Shown here in pieces: positions 56,451 to 64,000 of a DNA stretch of 64,000 nt. Each line of letters starts with the position of its first letter. Within the stretch, counting starts at the first letter, position 1. A program made the position numbers and the translations under genes. Source of the stretch: an uncultured Chloroflexia bacterium (GTDB lineage Bacteria > Chloroflexota > Anaerolineae > Promineifilales > Promineifilaceae); contig CAWEDV010000001.1 of NCBI GenBank assembly GCA_963807975.1, positions 2,326,508-2,390,507 on the forward strand. Direction: 5' to 3'. The notes under the pieces were generated by a model. The model was not told where the DNA came from, did no database searches, and worked only from the letters and a program-made list of their open reading frames with translations.

Positions 56451-57413
56451 CTATGCCACAGATTGTAAAAACGATTCAACTTCGCTTGCTGTTGGCAGGG
56501 CCGGTATGACCCCCTGCTTCTGGGCAGTCAAGGCGCCAACCGCATTGGCATACCTTAGATGCCGTCTCAGGCTCCCCGGGTCAAGTTGGTTGCGCCAATG
56601 GTCGCCGCTCACAAGCCGGCAAAGAAGTCCTGATGTGAACGCATCACCACATCCAACAGAATCGACAGTATGGACCTGAAATGGGGCGATTCGATCAAAC
56701 CCGCCCGCACATTTAAAGAAGCTGCCCTCAGCCCCAAGCGTAACCACAACTAGTTCCGGTCCGAGCTGCAGCAGTGCTTCACTCCCTTGCGCCAGATCTT
56801 TAGTGCCCGAAAGTATCTCCAGTTCACTCTCATTCACCTTGAGCAGGTTGGCAAGAGGAATCATCTCCTTGATCAATTCCACGGCTTCGTCAGGATTAGA
56901 CCAAAGACTGGGCCGGTAATTGACATCAAACGATACAAGCGCTCCACCACCACGCGCCATTTCCACGGCTGCCTTTGTCGCGCTGCGGCTCGGTTCACTG
57001 ATCAAGCTAATGGAGCCAAAGTGAAACGCTTTGGTATTCTGCAACAGGTCGCGATCCAACTCGTCCGCCCGCAGCATCATGTCCGCCCCTGGATTGCGGT
57101 AAAATACGAACTCGGCCGTATGTTCGTCTGGCAGCGCGATAAAGGCCATCGTTGTCCGTGCTTCGACATCAATGCGCATACCCCGAGTTTCTACATGTTC
57201 CTGAGCAAGGATATTTAGCAAATGGTGGCCGAAAGCATCATCCCCTACCTTGCCGATAAACGCACTCTTCTTGCCCAATCGGGATGCTGCCGCTGCAACA
57301 TTTGCCGGTGCCCCGCCCGGTTTTGGATGGAACGCTGGCACATTGATCAGGCTAAGACCAATCTGCGATGGAAACATATCGATGAGCATTTCACCAAGCG
57401 TCACAATGTCCAT
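56451..57413 (-). CDS. PfkB-family sugar kinase (fructokinase/KDG-kinase-like)
   Basis: GGAPANVAAAASRLG, DSVGCGDAFTSG. Confidence 0.75.
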   Translation of the reverse strand: MDIVTLGEMLIDMFPSQIGLSLINVPAFHPKPGGAPANVAAAASRLGKKSAFIGKVGDDAFGHHLLNILAQEHVETRGMRIDVEARTTMAFIALPDEHTAEFVFYRNPGADMMLRADELDRDLLQNTKAFHFGSISLISEPSRSATKAAVEMARGGGALVSFDVNYRPSLWSNPDEAVELIKEMIPLANLLKVNESELEILSGTKDLAQGSEALLQLGPELVVVTLGAEGSFFKCAGGFDRIAPFQVHTVDSVGCGDAFTSGLLCRLVSGDHWRNQLDPGSLRRHLRYANAVGALTAQKQGVIPALPTASEVESFLQSVA

Positions 57414-57652
57414 TCTTCCTCCATCAACCTCTTAGTTCATTGGTTAAGGCGTAGCAATCTCCCCGATGATACAGGTGTAAAAATTCAACGGGCCTGTCAT
57501 ATTGTGAAGAAGATATTCGCTCAATGAATAATAAGGGAGCCCCAGGTTTAACAGAGAGTTTCTGAGCCAAAAAAACTTCGTCTAAATGTCATAACGTTTG
57601 ATACATTATAACAATTCTATTTAGCCCGTCAAGAATTCGCTCCTTGATGCGC

Positions 57653-57805
57653 AAAGATGATCTCCTCACCAGTGCCGCCGTCGACGACCAACTCAGCAAC
57701 GTCGACATCATGGCTCAAGGCATCCCCCTTTAAGCCCGAACTTGCTCGGCTTTCTCGACTTCCACATCACCGTCGACCTCTACGATCAGGTCACCGGTAT
57801 CCAAG
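57653..57805 (+). pseudogene. Decayed partial duplicate of the 3' half of the hypothetical gene at 52731-53144
   Basis: About 80% nucleotide identity with 52954-53106 (AAGATGATCTC...GTCGACCTC), with indels and an internal stop. Confidence 0.65.
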
Positions 57806-57863
57806 AAAACTATTTGGCGAAGTCAGACTAATAGATCATTTCCTTGATCTTTTCCAGAAGCTT

Positions 57864-59477
57864 CTAGCTCAGCGCACCCACGGCAGCTCGTTCAATGACA
57901 AGTCCCCTTTTATACCGTGCCATGAAGGCTGCAAAGCCGTCAACATCTGCTTGATCAGGCGCTATCTTCGTCCCATATTTTCCGGCAAAGACCTTGTTGG
58001 AGAGATAGTCTTCCAAAGGTTCATTCTCTGCCCCATGACCTATCTTATGGACCATATAAGAGGCAAGTAGGGCAATGCCCCATGCGCCCCCCTCACCTGC
58101 GGTTTCCATCACAGTCACGGGCACATTCATCGCCGCCGCCATCATCCTTTGACCCACTTCCTCTGTTTTGAAGAAACCACCGTGGCCGAGGATTTGGTCG
58201 ACACCCACGTGCTCCTCTTCAAAAAGGATGTCCAGACCCATCCGCAGTGCACCCAGCGCCGAGAACAGATGCACACGCATGAAGTTCGAAAGGGTGAACC
58301 TGCTCTCGGGTGTACGCACGAAAAGGGGGCGCCCTTCCTCAAAGTGCGTGATATGCTCCCCTGAGAGATAGGGGTAGGCCAGCAGTCCTCCGCCATCCGC
58401 ATCGCCTGAAAGCGCCCGTTGATAGAGCATTTCAAAAAGATCGGATTGATTGATCTCCACCCCCAGCGCATCACTGAATTCTCTAAACAGACCAATCCAT
58501 GCATTGAGATCCGATGTACAGTTGTTGCTGTGCACCATAGCCACAGGCTTGCCTGCCGGCGTCGTCACCATATCGATCTCAGGATACATCTTCGACAACG
58601 ACTTTTCCAAAACGATCATGGCAAAGACGGAAGTGCCCGCGGAAACATTGCCCGTTCGCTGGGCAACGCTGTTTGTGGCCACCATGCCTGTACCCGCGTC
58701 ACCTTCGGGTGGGCAGAGTGGGATACCCACCGGCAGTTGTCCTGAGGGATCGAGCAGCTTTGCCCCTTCTGCGCTAAGAACGCCTGCCTTATCTCCTGCC
58801 GTGAGGACTTGGGGCAAAATATCTTGCAGCTTCCAATAGATATTTTCCGCTTCAATCTGTGCGTTGCATAACTCCATCATGCCTGCATCATAATTATTGG
58901 TTTTGCTATCGATGGGGAACATGCCCGATGCTTCCCCAATGCCCATCACCTTTTGCCCCGTCAGTTTCCAATGGACATAGCCAGCCAGCGTCGTCAAATA
59001 GCTGATATCCTTGACATGGGCTTCCTTGTTCAATATCGCTTGATAGAGATGTGCAATGCTCCAACGCTGGGGAATGGCGAATTGAAACAGATCCGTTAGT
59101 TCCCTTGATGCCTGCCCGGTTATGGTATTGCGCCATGTCCGAAACGGAACGAGTAGATTTCCGTCTTTATCGAACGCCAAATAGCCGTGCATCATGCCGC
59201 TGAAGCCAATGGCGCCGATGTTCTGCAGGGAAGTGTTGTACTTCTCAAAGACCTCGCTGCTGAGCTTGCGGTAGCTTTCCTGCAAACCTATCCAAACATC
59301 TTCGATACTGTATGTCCAGACACCGTTTTCGTATTGGTTTTCCCAACCATAGCTGCCCGAGGCGATTGTCCTATGATCCTCGCCGAGCAACGCTGCCTTG
59401 ATCCGCGTCGAGCCCAACTCGATGCCCAGAACAGTCTTCCCGCTTTCAATTGCTTTTTGGATTTCGCTTCGATTCAT
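57864..59477 (-). CDS. rhaB: FGGY-family sugar kinase, probable rhamnulokinase
   Basis: [20 protein letters not shown]-terminal domain. Adjacent to rhaA and rhaM. Confidence 0.7.
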   Translation of the reverse strand: MNRSEIQKAIESGKTVLGIELGSTRIKAALLGEDHRTIASGSYGWENQYENGVWTYSIEDVWIGLQESYRKLSSEVFEKYNTSLQNIGAIGFSGMMHGYLAFDKDGNLLVPFRTWRNTITGQASRELTDLFQFAIPQRWSIAHLYQAILNKEAHVKDISYLTTLAGYVHWKLTGQKVMGIGEASGMFPIDSKTNNYDAGMMELCNAQIEAENIYWKLQDILPQVLTAGDKAGVLSAEGAKLLDPSGQLPVGIPLCPPEGDAGTGMVATNSVAQRTGNVSAGTSVFAMIVLEKSLSKMYPEIDMVTTPAGKPVAMVHSNNCTSDLNAWIGLFREFSDALGVEINQSDLFEMLYQRALSGDADGGGLLAYPYLSGEHITHFEEGRPLFVRTPESRFTLSNFMRVHLFSALGALRMGLDILFEEEHVGVDQILGHGGFFKTEEVGQRMMAAAMNVPVTVMETAGEGGAWGIALLASYMVHKIGHGAENEPLEDYLSNKVFAGKYGTKIAPDQADVDGFAAFMARYKRGLVIERAAVGALS

Positions 59478-59552
59478 GCTTAACTCCCATCTTTTTCGTT
59501 TTCCCACACCTTCTCCCACGACCGTTGGCCAAGACGCAAGGAACCAGCTCCT

Positions 59553-60827
59553 CTATCCTCTACCGGCCAATTCCCTTCGCTCATAGTTACGAACCTCATC
59601 CATAAACCCAAATCCAACCGGGACATCCTGTTGCCAACAGTAATAGTCCCAAACGGCATTGGCGGGCATAACCTTAAGAGCTTCCTGCAAAGCGAGACGG
59701 CCGCTATAGTCACCAGATGCCTCCAGATCACGCAGCATATCGACGGGATCTAACAGCGCCCTTAACATCGCTGTCAAGCTGTTGCGTGTTCCGATAACCC
59801 ATGCCGCAATACGATTTATGCTCGCATCAAAAAAGTCCAAGCCTATATGCACCCGCTCCACATATTCACCATGGACAATCTCTTGCATAATCAGATGCAG
59901 ATCATCTGTCAAAGTAACAACATGATCACTGTCCCAACGGACACCGCGGCTTACATGCAGCAGCAATTCTGGAACATACATCATAACCGCCGAAATCTTG
60001 TCCGCAATTGTTTCCGTGGGATGAAAATGACCAGCATCGAGGCAGAGCACTTTCTGCCGCGAGGCAGCATAACCTAGGTAAAATTCATGAGATCCAACCA
60101 CGTAACTTTCGGAACCCAATCCGAATAATTTACATTCAACTGCATCCAGATTGTGCTCAGAATTGAGCGGTGCCGCAAATATTTTGTCAAGCGAATCCTG
60201 TAATAAAAGCCGTGGCGTTTTACGATCAACTGGCGTATCTTTCAGGCCATCTGCAATCCAGACATTGGTCACGGTCGGTGTTCCTAATTCCCTGCCAAAA
60301 TAAGCGCCAATCTCGCGCGAGGCAATGCAATGCTCAATCCAAAAATTTCGCACAGCTTGATCGCGATGGGCAAGCGTAAACCCATCATCTGCCAGCGGAT
60401 GCGAAAACAAGGTTGGATTAAAATCAATACCATGCTTGTTTTCTTTCGCCCATTCCACCCAGCCGGTAAAATGCTCTGGCTGAATCTCGTTACGCGGCAC
60501 CAAAGTATCACTTTCCAGGTAGATCGCATGCAAGTTTAAGCGATGTGTGCCCGGAATAAGGCTGTATGCCCTATCCAGATCGCGACGCAGTTCCACGGCC
60601 GTTCGCGCTTTTCCTGGATAATTACCAGTCGTCAGCAAACCACCACCCAAACTCGTACCAGTATTTTCAAATCCACCAACATCATCGCCCTGCCAGCAAT
60701 GCAAACTAATTGGAATTTGGCGCAGTATAGCGAGCGCTTTGTCCGTATCAACTCCAAATGCGGCATACCTTTCTTTAGCCAGAGCATAAGCCTGGATTAA
60801 CTGTTTTTCAGACGGAGCAAATTTCAT
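59553..60827 (-). CDS. rhaA: L-rhamnose isomerase
   Basis: [71 protein letters not shown]. Collinear with E. coli RhaA. Confidence 0.9.
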   Translation of the reverse strand: MKFAPSEKQLIQAYALAKERYAAFGVDTDKALAILRQIPISLHCWQGDDVGGFENTGTSLGGGLLTTGNYPGKARTAVELRRDLDRAYSLIPGTHRLNLHAIYLESDTLVPRNEIQPEHFTGWVEWAKENKHGIDFNPTLFSHPLADDGFTLAHRDQAVRNFWIEHCIASREIGAYFGRELGTPTVTNVWIADGLKDTPVDRKTPRLLLQDSLDKIFAAPLNSEHNLDAVECKLFGLGSESYVVGSHEFYLGYAASRQKVLCLDAGHFHPTETIADKISAVMMYVPELLLHVSRGVRWDSDHVVTLTDDLHLIMQEIVHGEYVERVHIGLDFFDASINRIAAWVIGTRNSLTAMLRALLDPVDMLRDLEASGDYSGRLALQEALKVMPANAVWDYYCWQQDVPVGFGFMDEVRNYERRELAGRG

Positions 60828-60858
60828 CGTGATTCCTCAGAGACTACCTCATAAAATG

Positions 60859-61959
60859 TTATTGATAACGACCGTGATTCTTGACCGCCGCAATAAACGC
60901 CTCAACATTGTCCATGGGCACATCTGTTTGAATGATATGGGCCGGAGAGCACATGTAACCACCTCCCGCACCGAGTATGCGGATTTTCTCAGCTATATCG
61001 GCCTCGATTTCTGCAGCCGTTCCATTCACAAGAAGATGTTGTTGGTCAATCGCACCCCAGAATGCTATGCGATCGCCAAGCTCGTCCTTAAGCACTTGGG
61101 GATCATGTCCAGGGACATTGGGCTGCACTGGATTGAAAACATCCAAGCCGATGTCGGCCAGATCGTCGAGGATTGGGGCAACAGCACCATCCGTATGGTA
61201 AGCAATGATCAGATCTGGATTTAGCGCTTTTACTTCCTGCCATAATTCAGCATAGCGCGGTTTAAAAACCTTGCGCCACATGCGCGGTGAGATCAACATA
61301 TTATTCTGCGCCCCAAAATCATCACCGAACCAGATCGCATCGACGCCGACTTCAACAAGCTGTTTAGCAATCGCGACCGAGAAGGCCATCACCCTGTCAA
61401 TGAGGGCGAATATGTATTCTTCCTGCATCGCCATATCAATCATAAATTTCTCAAGTCCTACGTGATGCCAGGACATCTCAAACATGGTCAATTCCAGATC
61501 GCCTATTATGAAGTAATTATCTTTGTATTTTTCGGTGTACTTCTTCGCGTCGTCGAAACGGCCGACGGCGTAGGGATCGGGGAAAGGGTGATTGATGACA
61601 TCTTGAACAGTAGTGGCCTTGGCCAGAGGCGCCTCAATCGTCTGCATGTACAGCGGTCCCTGTTCCATCAACATGCCAAATTCGTTGATTATTTGACCTT
61701 CTCGCGGTACTGGGTGCCTGTATCCGCGCGGAAGGCTGCCACCTACAACGACACAGTCGCTGCCCATAGCGATTCGCAGTTCATTTGCAGAAATGCGATA
61801 GGTAAGATCCTCAAAATAGGAAGTGGTGTAATGAACAGGGATGTCGTACTTTTTGCTAAAATCGTCAGTCAATTGGCGACAAAGATCAAACTGAAGCGGC
61901 ACCCGATCAGGCGTACCAGTTCGATTGAAAACAGTCATAACGCGTTCGCGCGAGTTCAT
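60859..61959 (-). CDS. Uroporphyrinogen-decarboxylase (URO-D) family protein (MtaA/CmuA-like fold)
   Basis: 366 aa; ...IWFGDDFGAQNNMLISP..., AYHTDGAV pattern. Confidence 0.55.
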   Translation of the reverse strand: MNSRERVMTVFNRTGTPDRVPLQFDLCRQLTDDFSKKYDIPVHYTTSYFEDLTYRISANELRIAMGSDCVVVGGSLPRGYRHPVPREGQIINEFGMLMEQGPLYMQTIEAPLAKATTVQDVINHPFPDPYAVGRFDDAKKYTEKYKDNYFIIGDLELTMFEMSWHHVGLEKFMIDMAMQEEYIFALIDRVMAFSVAIAKQLVEVGVDAIWFGDDFGAQNNMLISPRMWRKVFKPRYAELWQEVKALNPDLIIAYHTDGAVAPILDDLADIGLDVFNPVQPNVPGHDPQVLKDELGDRIAFWGAIDQQHLLVNGTAAEIEADIAEKIRILGAGGGYMCSPAHIIQTDVPMDNVEAFIAAVKNHGRYQ

Positions 61960-62021
61960 ATCTTAGTGCTCCTTTCCTAATAACTAAGCGGTATTCCATC
62001 ATTGAAGGAACGAATGTCTTC

Positions 62022-62345
62022 TCAATCTAGATGAAACACTTCCTCCAACTCGACCATACTCTCATCGGCGTTTGCGCCACCAATTCCTTCAAAATAGGGA
62101 GTCATAAAATCTTGCCATTTGGCATTAACGTCCTCCTTACTCATGGCTTCCAGCGAGGCCGCGAAGCTTTCTTCTGCTTCGAAGTATCCAAAAAGCAGCC
62201 CATCTTCGCGCAAGAACAGGGTGTAGTTATGCCAACCGGCACGCCGCAGGGCATCCAGCATCTCCGGCCACACTTGTTTGTGGTGCGTTTTATATTCGTC
62301 TATCTTGTCTTTTTTCACCTTGAGCAGGAATCCAACTCGTTTCAT
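62022..62345 (-). CDS. rhaM: L-rhamnose mutarotase
   Basis: HKQVWPEMLDALRRAGWHNYTLFL...EVFHLD, similar to E. coli YiiL/RhaM. Confidence 0.8.
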   Translation of the reverse strand: MKRVGFLLKVKKDKIDEYKTHHKQVWPEMLDALRRAGWHNYTLFLREDGLLFGYFEAEESFAASLEAMSKEDVNAKWQDFMTPYFEGIGGANADESMVELEEVFHLD

Positions 62346-62481
62346 CGGCTACCTCTTCTTTTAAACTTCCATTGAAAACTTTTTGTAGTTACCTTTTTCG
62401 GAAGGATTGATTTAAAAAACCCCGAGCAGGTGAAAATCACGCGCTCGGGGTATTAATTAATCGACCATCACCAACAAAACG

Positions 62482-64000
62482 TTATTCCGCTGCCGCTTCT
62501 ACATTTTCGGCCGTGTAAACCGTAAACGGACCCATTAGAACCCGCAGCCCCGCATCGCGTGTGGGATCTTTCTCGATGGTGTAGTCACCCATACGTCCAG
62601 CATTAAAGCTTTCGCCTTCTACACCGTCGATATCACCGTTGGCCAACATATAAGTGGTGTAGTAGGTCAGATACCCTAAGTCAACAAAACTCCAGAGTGC
62701 AAACTCAGGAGCACAGCCATTGAGAGTGTAGGAAACCATCTCCGCCGGCAAACCCAGGCCACTAACCTTCACTTCATCACATAGACCTTCATCCTGCATC
62801 GCTTTGGCTGCAGCCGCAATACCTACTGTGGTTGGAGCCATGATCAGTTTTAGGTCAGGATATTTGTCAACCAGGGCCAACGCTTGATTGTAGCTGTCTT
62901 CAGACTGATCATTACCATAAACAATATCGACCAACTCCAGACTTGCGTAGGTATCATCAGTTTCCAATACTTCTTCCAAGGACGCGATCCAAGCGTTCTG
63001 GTTGGAAGCATCTGGTGAAGCTGACAACACGGCAAACTCACCACCTCCATCACCCATGATGCTCAAGGCCATGTCCGCCATTACTTCTCCCGTCTCATCA
63101 AAGTCAACCTGGGCGATGAAGATATCTTCACCTTCCGCCGAGGGAATGGGGGAATCCCACGTAACAACGCTCATTCCGGCATCTTTCGCTGCTTCAGCTG
63201 CGGGTACGATTTGGTCTCCAGCATTATTGGAAATCATGATCGCGTTCATACCCTGCGTTGCCGCGGTGGTCACGATGTCGATCTGTCCGGCTACGCTGTT
63301 TTCAGGAGTTGGGCCCAAGAACTGCAGTTCTTGCGGATTCTCCAATTCACCATGTGCCTCTTGTGCACCTACATTTGCCTGGTCGAAGACCAGGATGCCC
63401 AGAAACTTGGGCAGTAAAACCATATCCAGAGCAGCGCCCGGTGTTGCTGATTTCACATCACCTTCCGCTGTTCCCTCTTCCATGGCCTCATCTTGTGGAC
63501 CAGCAGCAGCCTCCACATTGTCGGCGGTATAGACAGTGAATGGGCCCATCAAGACACGCAAACCTTCGTCACGTGTGGGATCCTTCTCGATTGTGTATTC
63601 ACCCATACGTCCAGCTTCAAATGAGACACCTTCTGCTGCTTCCATCTGCCCACTGGCCAGCATATAAGTGGTATAGTAGGTCAAATACCCTAGATCAACA
63701 AAGCTCCAAAGTGCAAATTCAGGCGCACAACCATTGAGTGTGTAGGAAACCATCTCTGCCGGAAGCCCTAGACCACTTACCTTAACCTCGTCACATAACC
63801 CTTCATCCTGCATAGCCTTGGCCGCAGCCGCAATACCTACCGTGGTCGGAGCCATGATCAGTTTTAGATCGGGATACTTATCAACCAGTGCCAACGCTTG
63901 ATTATAGCTGTCTTCGGATTGGTCATTGCCGTATACAATATCCACCAGTTCGAGACTGGCATACGTGTCATCAGCAGCTAATACCTCTTCCAGAGCAGCT
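62482..64000 (-). CDS. Sugar (rhamnose-type) ABC transporter substrate-binding protein, fused in frame to a duplicated copy of its own C-terminal third; continues past the window end
   Basis: Mature binding-protein region [16 protein letters not shown]...EAAAE* at 62482-63420. Upstream 63480-64000 re-encodes [49 protein letters not shown]...[13 protein letters not shown] at about 85% nucleotide identity. No intervening stop. Confidence 0.65.
   Translation of the reverse strand, partial: AALEEVLAADDTYASLELVDIVYGNDQSEDSYNQALALVDKYPDLKLIMAPTTVGIAAAAKAMQDEGLCDEVKVSGLGLPAEMVSYTLNGCAPEFALWSFVDLGYLTYYTTYMLASGQMEAAEGVSFEAGRMGEYTIEKDPTRDEGLRVLMGPFTVYTADNVEAAAGPQDEAMEEGTAEGDVKSATPGAALDMVLLPKFLGILVFDQANVGAQEAHGELENPQELQFLGPTPENSVAGQIDIVTTAATQGMNAIMISNNAGDQIVPAAEAAKDAGMSVVTWDSPIPSAEGEDIFIAQVDFDETGEVMADMALSIMGDGGGEFAVLSASPDASNQNAWIASLEEVLETDDTYASLELVDIVYGNDQSEDSYNQALALVDKYPDLKLIMAPTTVGIAAAAKAMQDEGLCDEVKVSGLGLPAEMVSYTLNGCAPEFALWSFVDLGYLTYYTTYMLANGDIDGVEGESFNAGRMGDYTIEKDPTRDAGLRVLMGPFTVYTAENVEAAAE

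Overview
This is a ~64 kb chromosomal segment from a GC-rich (~58-60%) bacterium. Gene content and repeat types suggest Chloroflexota, but that is inference from sequence alone. The window is densely coding, with about 60 genes, two tRNAs (Leu-GAG, Val-GAC) and no rRNA, CRISPR array, transposase or integrase.

Recognisable housekeeping and ordinary genes:
- the mreB-mreC-mreD-mrdA cell-shape operon, trxB, a CobB-type sirtuin, pcm and rarD
- an L-lysine 2,3-aminomutase and an enoyl-CoA hydratase
- two MFS transporters and a VapBC-like toxin-antitoxin pair

Features that stand out:
- One uninterrupted ORF encodes two ABC ATPase domains plus a C-terminal cyclic-nucleotide-binding-like domain (window start).
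- A DinB-like protein, a radical SAM/SPASM enzyme and a SAM methyltransferase form a trio that looks like a peptide or cofactor maturation module.
- A LacI-type regulator, with a perfect 30-bp palindrome at its own promoter, precedes an unmistakable GDP-mannose 3,5-epimerase, a GHMP sugar kinase, a tandem cytidylyltransferase-fold protein and a mannose-1-phosphate guanylyltransferase.
- Two adjacent paralogous SPFH/band-7 membrane proteins overlap by 11 bp.
- The sirtuin sits in a cassette with a PI3/4-kinase-like protein, a DUF3090 zinc-ribbon protein and a histidine phosphatase.
- An L-rhamnose cluster (rhaM, rhaA, FGGY kinase, UROD-family protein, duplicated sugar-binding protein) adjoins a four-gene block (SAF-domain dehydrogenase, split transketolase, PfkB kinase). 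That block is flanked by ~150-bp direct repeats derived from a neighbouring gene.

At the DNA level there is a dispersed REP-like hairpin repeat family (GTCATTCCTGCGCAGGCAGGAATCCAT, the source of 'VIPAQAGIH' pseudo-peptides), a ~360-bp array of a 12-bp tandem repeat, CT-rich CTCTGCGTC repeat patches, and several structured intergenic elements.
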